64,000 nucleotides of DNA from Vitrella brassicaformis CCMP3155 (lineage: Eukaryota > Protista > Chromerida): assembly GCA_001179505.1 (NCBI GenBank), contig CDMY01000117.1, positions 1-64,000 on the forward strand, in the 5' to 3' direction. Below the pieces are notes generated by a model. It worked only from the letters and a program-made list of their open reading frames with translations. It was not told the origin of the DNA and did no database searches. The first letter of the stretch is position 1; each line of letters begins with the position of its first letter. This document shows positions 12,050 through 23,393 of this stretch, piece by piece. A program made the position numbers and the translations under genes.

Positions 12050-13950
12050 GGCATACGACTAGACAGCAAGTCGGGGTGGGGAGGTGGGGGGGGAGGTGGG
12101 GTGGGTGTTGGCCTATGTGTGGGGCTGACTGACCTCGAGTTTGATGTTGTATATGCTCTGATAGTACTCGCCCACCTTGCACTCTCGGCTGTTTTTGTCA
12201 CGGATTTTCGGTGGCGCGAGTGTTGAAGGGGCTTCTGCTCCTCCACCTGCAGACAGACAGATGTGGACATACAGACATTTGGGGAAACATTGCATTCCTC
12301 TGATACATGCTGGCTCCGTTGCACAGGCTCCGTTGTTCGTGTGTGTGTGTGTTGGTTCTTACGTCGTCGTAATGTGATATCGGACGTAGAGCATGGCCTC
12401 GTGTTTGAACACATTGAGCGTCTCCTTCATCTTGTAGTGGTCCAGAAAGGACGCCAGCAGGTCGCACACAAGCAAACCTGACACACACACGGAGACACAC
12501 ACACATAGGTCCTCTGTCTGTCTGTCTGTCTGTCTCTCTGTGTGTGGGGTTGCCTGTCTGACCATGTGCCGACTCTTTGAGCCGTTTGATGCCCTCATCC
12601 AGCTCCTCTGCCCGCTCGTCGTCGACAGTCGGCGGAATGCGACTCATCATCTGAAAGACTTGATACCGGCCCTCAAGTCTGGAGGAGGAGCTGACGGTGG
12701 GCCTCAGGAAGCCCTCGCTGCCCGTCACCCAACGCAGACGACGGAGACGGTCTGGAGCGACGGGCTGGGGCGCCGGGGCTAGGCCGCTGCGGACAGCCGC
12801 TCTCGCCTCCGCTCTCGCCTGACAGTGGTACGGTTCGCCCCTCACTCGCCCAGCTGCCAATGGGCTCCCCCCCACGGCAGCGGCGGCCGAAAGCTGCATG
12901 GGCGCAACAGGGGCTGCGGGGTCGTGGAGAGGGGCTGACTTGATCGGGAACTGTCGCTGCCGAATCTCACGGGCGGGGCGGGGACCTGAAGGGTGAGTGT
13001 GGGTGGTTGGTCTGCCCTCTGAGGCCTCCCACGATCCGTTCTGCAACCGCCCCTCGAGTGTGTAGTTGATGATGTCCAGCAGCAGGGGGCCGTCCGTGGG
13101 TGCCGACGAGACTGGGGGCGGGAGGGGCAGGGACCCGCACAGCTGCTCCTTGGACAGCACGATGTAGCGACGGGACACTATCTCCTCCGGCAAGCGGCCC
13201 TGATTGACCACATGGGAGGGGGGAGGTGTTCGTGTGTGTGTGTGTGTGTGTGTGTGGGTCCTTACGTCGTCGTATTGCTCGTGTTTGAAAACATTTAGCG
13301 TCTCCTTTATTCCGTAGTAGTCCAAAAGCGATGCCACTAGGTCGCACACAAGCGAACCTGACACACACAGGAAGACACACACACATAGGTCCCCTGTCTG
13401 TCTGTCTGTCTGTGGGGTTGCCTGTCTGACCATGCGGCGAGTCTTTGAGCCGCTTGATGCCCTCCACGAGCTCATCTGCCCGCTCGTCGTGGGCAGTCGG
13501 CGGCCTACCACTCATGAGCTGAAACACTTGACTCTTCAACTCCGCCTGTGCACACAGCAATCAGCCCGACACACACATACACACACAGAGCAATGAATGA
13601 ATCCCAACCCCACAAAGCAGCTCACCTTGATCCTCGGCAGGATGCCCTGCTGCACCATGGCCCCTATCACATGCTCCTTCAACACCGCCACCTTCTCCCG
13701 ACCAGCAGGCCCCCCGTAGTACCTCCCCTCTCGTGGCGCTCTTCGTCCCCCAGCACCCTGCTCTTCAGCCCGGGCTCCCGGGCGATGGTCGACGGGCGCC
13801 TGTCGCGGCCCTCGTCGCGCAGAATGCGCTCGATGCGCGCTTCCTCCTCTGGGTCTTCATGAGGTTCGCCCCGCCAAGCTGCCAGTGGCCTCCCCCCGAC
13901 GGCAGCGGCGGCCGACAACTCGGGAGACGGACTGGGCGGTGAGAGCTGGG
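12050..13950 (-). pseudogene. FOP/CEP43 (FGFR1OP)-like N-terminal domain with LisH, one full and one partial copy, frameshifted
   Basis: Spliced exons give EKVAVLKEHVIGAMVQQGILPRIK|AELKSQVFQLM...|GSLVCDLVASLLDYYGIKETLNVFKHE|...GPLLLDII. This matches the FOP pattern as recalled (GVLNRIKAELRAAVF / LVASLVAEFLQFFNLDFTLAVFQPE / GPLLLEVI). A second AELR-QVF plus LisH copy lies at about 12360-12665. Frameshifts occur at about 13725 and through an insertion in the second LisH exon at about 12370-12395. Confidence 0.75.
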
Positions 13951-14096
13951 AAGCACCATCTGGTTCATCAGCACACCACAACACAGCCACAACACAGCCA
14001 CAACCAAACCTTCGTCAGTTGGCTGAGAGAAAGAGGGATGGGCCGTCTTTGACCAGTGCGCCGCGCTTTGTCGTCCGATAGAAACCCCAAACTTAC

Positions 14097-14776
14097 CCAT
14101 GGTGATCATTGCCGGCTTTCTTCGGCTCGATACTTGAATGGTGCCGTCCACTAGAAGGACGCTGTCCATCCTTTCAAACTGCACCCCCTTCTTGATGTCG
14201 TTTTCAACTGTGCCGAAAAGTGGCCGGTATACATGCGGCGCAAACAGGCGGACTCCATGGACACTTTGAGATGTAGTTGGTTGGAGGGCAAGTTCTTTTT
14301 CTTCCATGCGTCGCGGACGTAGACCTGGGGGTCCTGCACCATATATAGGGATGAAGTTGGCTGGACACCACCCAAAGAATGGTCCACAGCCAGGTTTTCG
14401 TTATCGGCTGCCGCGAAGAGCGTCTTGAAGCTTTTTTTCACCAATGCTTCACGAACGGTACCGCTATGCCGTCCCATTTTTTGTCCTCTTTTGCCGTGGG
14501 TAGCGTCATGAGGCCCTCTTTCACCTTCTTTACGACCTCAGGCGTCGTCTTATAGATAGGGTCGGCCTGCATCGTTGTCTGCAGCCAGCACGAACCATGT
14601 GCGTGTCTGTTCGGGGCGATGGTTGCTCGCGAACTTGTCGGATGGAGGCGGAAGCCGATCGTGGGCACTATCAGAGCAAGAACGTAACGTTCTGCAACAG
14701 TGAGGACGGCCTGAAACAACAAAACCACTTTATGATGTGTATGAGGCTGCACAACCACCTGTTTGCCCCTGACCAT
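14097..14776 (-). pseudogene. Older, frameshifted paralog of the kinase-family N-terminal exons, lower in GC
   Basis: VHGVRLFAPHVYRPLFGTVENDIKKGVQFERMD...MG|gtaag parallels VMGLGAPAVFRKMRGEEVQFEK...|gtaag of repeat B. Three overlapping ORFs are needed to cover it. Confidence 0.45.
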
Positions 14777-15281
14777 GCCTAACATGTCGGCCGTCACCAG
14801 TGGCAGCCGCCACTCGTCATCCTCCGCCAGATGTTTTAAGAGCGATGCTGCGGCGGAGGTCGGTGGGCTCGAGTGGGCTCTAGGCCATTCTGCGGCGGGC
14901 GAGCTGGTAGTAGGTGACGGTGCAATGAGTGAGGGGGAAGGAGAGCGGGCTGCAGGGAGCGGCAACAAAGGACGAACATCAAGAAATGACGCACGCTTAA
15001 GAAGTAATCTAAAATTAGGCGTCTCGCCGTCTCGTTACGTCGAGAATCTCAATTCTCGCCGCCACCTGGCGTCGCGGCATCGCTCCATACTGTCTGTCTG
15101 TCTGCCTGTACATGACCCATGCATCTAGCTATACACACAAGCGGACACATGTACGTTCACGTCAGCCAGCCAACCCCCCTACAAAAAGCTGGAGCGCTGT
15201 ACGTGCGTATCAAATGAATGTACATACGAAAAGGAAACCAACACATATATCGATCGCCAGTCACCCGACGCTCTTGCCCCG
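14777..15281 (-). repeat. Repeat A (about 500 bp), inverted copy of 26410..26912
   Basis: Near-identical from cggggcaagagcgtcgggtga to gacatgttaggc. The copies differ by a few substitutions, GACA copy number and a short indel near ctcgacgt. Confidence 0.95.
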
Positions 15282-15782
15282 GTATAGAATGACTATTCCT
15301 GTGTTGTCGCCGTGTGGACCAATACGAGTGTGGATTCCGCGGACAAAGGCCACCCGGAAGAGATTGATGGAACATAGCACGCCTGTCGACAGGTCGGTCC
15401 AGCACGAACAACCGCACGAATCAAAAACACCGTGTGTGCAAGGAGGGTCCAGACAAACAAATAGTCAGTCCCAGACAGACAGACAGTCCACTGTGATCGA
15501 CGCGATATATGTCTGTCCACCACCAACTCAACACACATCCATCCATCCAGCTGCCGAGGGCCCACAGGCACCACCCTCACCTCACACGAGACGGATTTCG
15601 TCTCAGCGACTCACTCAAACACCATCCCATCCACACACCACACACCCAACCAACACTCACAAAATAAAACTCAACCATCCAGTGGGCTGCATGGTGTGGC
15701 ACGGAAAACACTTGCCCCACCCACCCACGCCACTACACACAATCTCATCTCTCGTTTGTTTCCCCGCTCTGTCTTCAATCAC

Positions 15783-17412
15783 TCACGGGCTGGGCATGTT
15801 GGGCAAGTCGTCGCCGAATGAGCTGGACGAGCTGCCCTCCGGCACAGGCGGCAGCGCATCCCCCCTGTGCGACAAAACCGGCATTCCTCTGCCCATCCCA
15901 ACGGCCTGCGTGTGCGCGGCGCTCGTGTAGGCGTAGCAGGGCTGGTAGACGGTGTGGGAGTAGGGTGGGGCCATGGGCGGCTGGGGCGGGGCGGGCAGGG
16001 CACTGAGGTTGGGGGGGTGGGAGCCGGGGGGAACGAAGATGTTGTAGTTGTAGTGGTGCTGGTGGATCAGACCCACATTGTGGGCTGCAGTGCATCCAAC
16101 GGCACAGACACAAACACACACATACACATACACATACACGTGGCCTCGGTCTGTGTGCATCGCATCGATGCCTTTTCCTCCTCTCCTTACTTACCAGTGG
16201 TTTTGGACGCCATCATGACGTTGGCATTGTTGGCCGCGACACCCACGCCCCTCCCTGTGGCCATGCCCATGCCCATGCCCATGCCCTCCCCCTCACTCAC
16301 CGCCGTCGTATCGGTCGTCCGCGGCCGCATCATGCCCGGAGAACCGCCCCCGGCACCTACCACGTCCCTCCTCACCACATGGTGGGCCGCCTCAGCCGCA
16401 CGAACATGAGCCGCCGTTGTCGGCATGACGTGTGGAGGTCCATGTGCCGTCATCAATCCAGATGGGTCGGGCGAGGTGCCACCGCCCAGAGAAGGCACCA
16501 CTGGCGAGGGATGAGTGCGGGGGGCAAACGGATGGGGATATGACGCTGCAGGGACCGGGGAGGGGTAGGTGGTGGAGTAGTTGGCAGGGGCCATGGGGCT
16601 GGTCCCAGGCGGGTGCAGCAGACCTGCGGCCGGGGACCCGCCGCGAGATGCGATGGATGGTGCGACAGACGGCGCAGCCGACAGGGGCGTGTAATGGTAG
16701 GGGCTGTGCAGAGATCCCATGCGGCTGTGTGGAGACGGGTAGGAGGGCGTGGCTGGGCCGGTCTTCTTCTTGGGCCCATAGCCCGGTTCGTAGACCGCGG
16801 CCCTCACCCGCCGGTGCCGCTTCACCTGGCTCATGCTCGACACCGTCTGCCCCGCCCTCAGGTGTGTGCCGGACTGCTTGCCCAGGCTGCGTGAGGTGGT
16901 GGGAGGGGAGAGGGGGTGCTGCGGGCGCGGCGTGAGCCACGAGATGGAGGGGTGGTCCAGGTACTGTTGGGCGGCGTCTGCGAAGCCGCCGAAGGGGTTG
17001 AGAGTCGCCTGGACGTTCTCGGCCCTGACGCCGATGGCGCCTGACCACGACGGCTGCACACAAACGTGGCAGGATCACTTCATTTGGACGCTATGATGAT
17101 CATCTGGCGTCTTGTCATCTGGCGTCTTGTCTTCTGACCGTGAAGGTGAATCGTCCGATAGTTGCGTCAGCGACCCTCATAGGGATGCCCTCCATCTCCA
17201 GAGAAGCGTTGATGTCGTCTGTCCGCAGCCGCACATTCTCAAGGACAACGCCTTCGCGAAACGACACCTGCACATCGCGCCGGGCGTCAAAGTCCTCGAG
17301 GAACTCTGCAGAGAACCCCAGGCCAGCCGTTTGCAGAGCACGGAAGCACGGAGCCTTCTGTCTGCTTACCTGAGCCGTGGAAGGCCAGAAACTCGCGAAA
17401 CATGTTCTCCAT
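15783..17412 (-). CDS. Small Chorein_N (VPS13/ATG2 N-terminal) domain protein, 456 aa; join(17412..17370, 17305..17139, 17053..16195, 16084..15783)
   Basis: The spliced N-terminus MENMFREFLAFHGSEFLEDFDARRDVQVSFREGVVLENVRLRTDDINASLEMEGIPMRVADATIGRFTFTPSWSGAIGVRAENVQATLNP fits the Chorein_N pattern (VxLENLxL...PxxVxxGxIGxxxxxxPW...xENV). Three GT-AG introns keep the frame (1371 nt). The remainder is P/S/H-rich and low complexity. Confidence 0.8.
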
Positions 17413-17547
17413 CTCGAAAGACTGGAACGAAAGAGGTCAGCAAGGGGCGACGGGCTTGATGGCGTTGTCTGGGCTCTACCTTTCAGCTCGCAAGGCTCGC
17501 ATCGCTCCGCGCTGCCCTGCTCCCCGGCCGCCCCTTGTGTGTGAGAA

Positions 17548-20500
17548 ATGAGCGGCTCGTTAGACCAATTCGACGAGGATGACGACACCGAGCGTAGAAA
17601 AGCAGTTGAGATGCTCGGTGAGCCGCCGGGGGATGACTCTGAGAGGATTGACCCATCGCCACGCACTCTATCGTCCAGCCAGAATGCCACCAACCAGTAC
17701 AACCGCACTCAGGAGGACGACGCGGCGAGTTCTCTCGTGGTGCCGCCAGATCTCACTGCACAGCCCGATGACAGTGCATGCTGGTCGCCAGAGGGACGGT
17801 GGAGGCAGCAATGGGCCAGAAACGGCGAGATTGAGGACTTCAGCCCTCATCAGAGAGCGAGTGCGGCAGCGGCCTCTGCTGCTGTCGGTGGTGGTGTTGG
17901 TCGTATAGTTTCATCCCCTGGGCCACCAGGTGCTTTCCGTGGGCAGCAGGGCATAGCATCGGTAGGAGGGGGAGGTGTTGGGGTCGGGTGGGAGGGGACG
18001 GCTAGTGCGAGGAGAGAGGAGAGCCCCCCGCCCATCCGTCAGCCATCCGGCAACAACCTGTAAGCCAACCACCGCACCCGCCCATCTTCGTTCGATGCAC
18101 ACAACAAACACAACACAAGCCGCTTTCTCTTTCGCATGTGTGTGTGTGTGTGTGTGTGTGTCAGTTCGTTAGTCCCCCGTGGTGAGCCCCCCCATCGGTC
18201 GGTGTCGTTTCTCGGTGGCGTGACGTCCAACATAGTAGAGGACCATGCCAGAATGAATGCGGACCTCTCTCGGCTGCGGGCTGCCTTCGAAGCCACCAAG
18301 ACCAGCGAGGCCGCGGTGAGTCAGTAACAGGCAAACACACACACACACGGACCATCGGCCCGTTCATTGCCCCGCACTGCTTGTGATGTCTGTGTGTGTT
18401 GGTGTGGTCAGTTGAGTGTGCAGGTGGGCGATTTGATGGCGGCCAAGACCAGGGCTGAGAATGACGCCCACAACGCCGAGAGAAGGCTGGAGCAGCTCAT
18501 CAAAGCGCAAGGTGGCTGCGCATTCACACGAGCACCTCCCAGTCCCACAATCCATTTGTGTGTGTGTGTGTGTGTGTGTCAGGTCGTGGTTTTTCGTACA
18601 ACAGTTGGCTGGAGAAGGAGAACAGCGGGCTGCAGGGGGAGGTCACCAACCTCCGCATACAAGTCGAAGAGCTTCTCGAGCAACTCTCGCGACAGGTACT
18701 TCCACACACAACCACACCACACCCCCTGCTCCACAAACACACGCACAGCACACCCTCGATGTGTGTGCGTGATTGTGTGGATCAGAACACTTGGCACGAG
18801 GAGCATGCCGCCGTGTTGGCCAAGGAGGTGGCCGACCACACCACCAGAATCGCAGTGGTATGCTATGCGCAGGCGGGCAGCCGTGGGGGGATGAATGAAT
18901 GGGTCAACCCGTCCCCCATCCCCCCATCCATGTGTGTGTGATCTGCATGCCGCTCCTTCATTGCTTCTATCAGTCTCAGGAGTTGCACAACAACAAGGAC
19001 GGCGAGATCGCCGTCCTGCGGAGGGATATCGAGGAACTCAACCAGCGACACAGACAGCAACTGCAGCAGGTAGGTATCTCATCACACCGCCCGTCCATCC
19101 ATCCATCCATCCCCTCCCGCCCCTCTATCTCTCTCTGATGATCGATCCATCAGGTTGAGGGCCATGCATCAGATCTCGACTCGCACAACCAGCAGCTGCA
19201 GCGCACTCTGGCCGACACCAAGCGGCAGCTCGACGACACCTCCCTCCAGCTCACCACCCTGCGTCAGCGGCACGACGACAACGCCGCTCTCGTGCAGGAG
19301 AACGATCGTCTCAAGAAGTGCAACAATGGCCTGCAGGAGGAGCTGCTGTCGCTGCGCAAGATCCAGACGCGCAACAAGGGCGGTATGCTGCGGCCCGTCG
19401 GCGACATTGTCGATAGGAATGGGGGCGAGTGGGTGTCCACTGCTGAGGTCGACGTCATCGTCGAGCTCGAGAGGGAGAAAATGCACCAGAGAGTCGCCGA
19501 CCTTCGAGTATGCCAACTGCACCCACACCACACCACACCACACCACACCCTCTCTCTCCTCCTCTCTTTCACACACACACAGGCTGAGCTTGACACGACC
19601 AAGGCAGCCCTGATGCAGCTGCAGTACCCGGTGCACCCCCCCACCCCTCCCGCCAGCACACACCGCCCCACGGCCCTCACCGTGGACAGCTGGACCCTCA
19701 CCGACGTCACCGGCGACATTCGCTCGCTGGCCGAGCGCAACAGTGATGTCGGCGAGGCCGTCGAGGGCGTCCGACACCTCATGGCCACCGAGATTACAGA
19801 CCTCCGAAAGCAGCTCGAGGAAAAGACGACCGCCCTGCAGGAAATGGACCAGCTCAAGAGGCAGGCCGAGTACGATTCGCACACACACACACGCTCAAGA
19901 CACGGGAGGATGCAGAGGCCACGTGCTCTGCCTGTCTGGTGTGCGTTCAGGTCGACGGTGGACGAGTTGCTGCAGAACAGCCGGCTGGACCAGGAGGCCT
20001 ACGCCCAGCAGGCCCTCAAGCTGCAGCAAGACGCCGAGGAGCGCATCCAGCACGAGAGGCAGCTCCTGCGCCTCAAAGAGTCCGAGCTCGTCGCCGCACA
20101 CGAGGAGGTGCAGGTCCTCAAACGACACGTGGCCGTCAAAACGCCCCCCTCCCCACTCCCAGCCAGGGATCGCCACGACACACCCTGTCAGACAATGCCC
20201 TTGCCACAGCCACAGCAGCAGCAGCAGCACCACACGGCCAGCCAGACGGAGGCGCCCGCCCCCCTGTGCGACTCGACGGTGCAGACGGAGGGGTGGTCGG
20301 GTGCCTCGCTGCACCCCATGTTGAGCAAGGTGGTCGAGAGGGGGGATGTGGCTATGGGCATCGGTATGGGCAGCCAGAGCGGCGATGTGACACGGACATC
20401 GAGCTCAACACAGACGGAGGGCGAAGAGAGGGAGAGGAAGAGGGAGGAGACGGCTGGCAGCCACTCGCAGGACCTCGAGGACAGAAACAAACAGCTCGAG

Positions 20501-23345
20501 GCTGAGGTAAGCTGAGCTAGCGGGGGGGGGAGAGGGAGGGGGAGAGCATGACAGTCAGTGATCGGCCGGCCCTCTCTCTGTGTGCCTTGTGTTAGGCTCG
20601 TGAGCTGCGTCATTTCCTGGAGGAGGTGCAGTCCAACTTCCTCTCCCTCTCAAAGCCCTCCCTGGCCGACTCCGCCACACAGACGCCCCCACCCACCCTC
20701 GCCTCCCACACCCCCCCGCCCATATCCATCGCCCCACAGCCACGCGCCCCCACACACTCATCGTCCGCACAGACGGCCTCTCACCGACCGCCACTCAGGT
20801 CCGCTTCGGTGCAGGCGGCCCCCGATCCGCCCCACCTGTCCATCTGTGTCGAAACCTCGCTGCACCACCCGCCATCACGCCCCCACTCGACGGCAGTCCA
20901 GACAGAGGGGCGGCCGGTGCGCCATCACCCCCTGCAGACGGAGCGGCTCGACATGGTGGAGAGGTGGCCGCGGGGGGTTGCCTCCAAGGGCGTGGCTGCG
21001 TGTCCCGATGTCACACACGCGGCGGCCCAGTGCCACCGAGACGACCGCCGGCGTTGTCTGTCGGTGGTGCGGTGTGTGGCCACCCTGGCCATACGCGGCG
21101 GCAATGGCAGTGGTGGTGGTGGTGGTGGTGATGGCCAGGACAGCAGCCCGAGCAGCCGTGAGGTGCAGACGGACGAGAGGGGGGATGAGGTGGGGAGGCT
21201 TGGCGAGAGGTGGGCCAGGAAGTACCAGGCCAAGAAGAGGGAGCTCGAGAGAGCGCTACTCGGACAGAGAGACCGCGAACGCGCCGTAAGCGACAACCAC
21301 AGCCACAGCCACAGAAAGGCCAAGCCGCACTGCACCCTCTTCGTGTTTCATGTGTTGCCTGCCATGGCAGGTTCAGTCAATCGAGGCGGTGCGTGACTCG
21401 TACAGCAGCCTTGTGTCGCGCTCGGTGACCAACTCCACCCCCCGGTCCCACCTCTCGCTCTCAGACGCCCCGCCCCTCCCCCTCCCCCTCCCCCCCGCAT
21501 CCGCCCGCAGCCGTCACTCAAACAAGGCCAACACCGAGGACGATGAGGTCGAGTCCTTCGTCGACCTGCTCAAGGACATCAAGGGCATCGGCTCCACCAA
21601 GAAGCACGCCGCCACACGGCGAGGGGCGAGTGTCGGTGCGGGTGTTGTGGCGCCCCTGCCTCTCGAGAGAGAGCCGATGATGGCTGTGGCTGCGGGTGCG
21701 CTGCACGTCCGGATGAGGCACGTGTGGCGTGAGGTGAGGGAGGTCCGGCGGGAGGTGACCGAGGCCAAGAAAGAGGTGGCCGCCATCCTCGGCAGCAGCA
21801 GCAGCCGGGGGGAGGGCGGCGTGTTGCAGTGGGTGTGGGCCAAGATCAACGACCTGGCTTCCATCGGCCGGGAGTACGAGCGGCTGTGGCGCAGCGAGCA
21901 GCAGGAGAACACCCAGCTCAGAGACATGCTCGCGTCACTCCAGGCGATGCTCGCCGCCCCAGCCCCTCACACTCACACAGACCGCCCATTGCCGGCACTG
22001 CCAGACCCCTCCTCGCCCATGCTGCCTTTGTCCATGGCCACCGTGTCGCCCGATCGTGTGTCGACGAGCCGGACGGCTGGGCGCAGTGCGTTCAGCCAGA
22101 CACTGTGGACGGGGCAGGTGGAGGAGTGGGTGGAGGCCGAGGCGGGCAGGAGGGCCAACAAGCGCATGACCAAGATGCAGCAGGAGCTGGCGGGTCTGCA
22201 GGAGGGTGTGCGTGGGCGTGTGAGTGAGGTGGAGAGGGCGGCAGCCAGGGACAAGGCGGCGCTTGCCTACAAGCACAAGGAGGCCGCACTGCAGATGCGC
22301 AACCGATGCCACATGAAGGTAACTGACCCCCAATCATCCCCCCAACCCCCCAACCTCCCAAACACACCCGTTCTCATGTGTGGGTGCAGCTGGAGGACAT
22401 GCAATCATGGCTACGTCGCGAGCTGGACCGGTCGGAGTCGCGTGCTGGGGTGCTGCAAGGTCAGCTTGAGGACCAGGTGGCCGAGCGGGAGCAGTCGCTG
22501 CGCCGCCTGAGGGAGGCGCTCGAGGTCTCCAACACACACATCCAACAGACATTCGACCAACACACCAGGGACAACCGCACACTCAAACTGGTATGCTCCC
22601 CTCCCCTCCCCCTCCTCCCTCCGCCCCCACACACGCATGGCACATCGACAAGGATGGGCCCATGATGGTTCGTTCATGCATTGCACTGCAGGAGTATGAG
22701 GAGAGGTTGGCTAAGGTGGAGGCGGAGAGGCGAGTGGAGGTGGGCCGTGCGGAGGCGGCTCGTCGCGACCTCGAGGGGACGTGTGACGCGCTGCGTCGTG
22801 AGGTCGACGAGCTGCAGCGGCAGCACACACAGATACAGGCCGTCTACCACAGACAGCTGCAGGAGGTAGGTATGGCAGAGAGGGAGGGGGGAGGGAAGGA
22901 GGGCATCAGTGGAGTGGATGGCATTGATTTCATGGTGCGGGTGGGTTTGTTGTGGTGCGGTGGGTGCGGTGTGTCAAGGTGAGAGATGAGGCCAAGGGTG
23001 ACTGTGAGCGTCAGATGGCCGCCGACAAGGCGAACCTGGAAGCCACCCTGCAGCAGCAGCTCAAGGACACCAAAGCACACTATGAGCAGCTGGTACCAGC
23101 CAGCCACAGCCAACCAACACACATGGCCCCCACATAGGCAGGCACTTATGCGCGTGTGTGTTGTGTTGTCTGCCTCCTCGTTGTCTGCCTCCTCCTCACG
23201 TCAGCTGCGCGCCAAGGGGCAGGAGGCCGAGGTGATAGAAGAGAAAGTCGCCGAGATACAGACAGAGCTCCTACGCCAAGAGCACCAACACAAAGTACAC
23301 CTTCCTCCCTCTCTCCCCACAGCACACACACACCTACACCTACAC

Positions 23346-23393
<48 letters not shown>

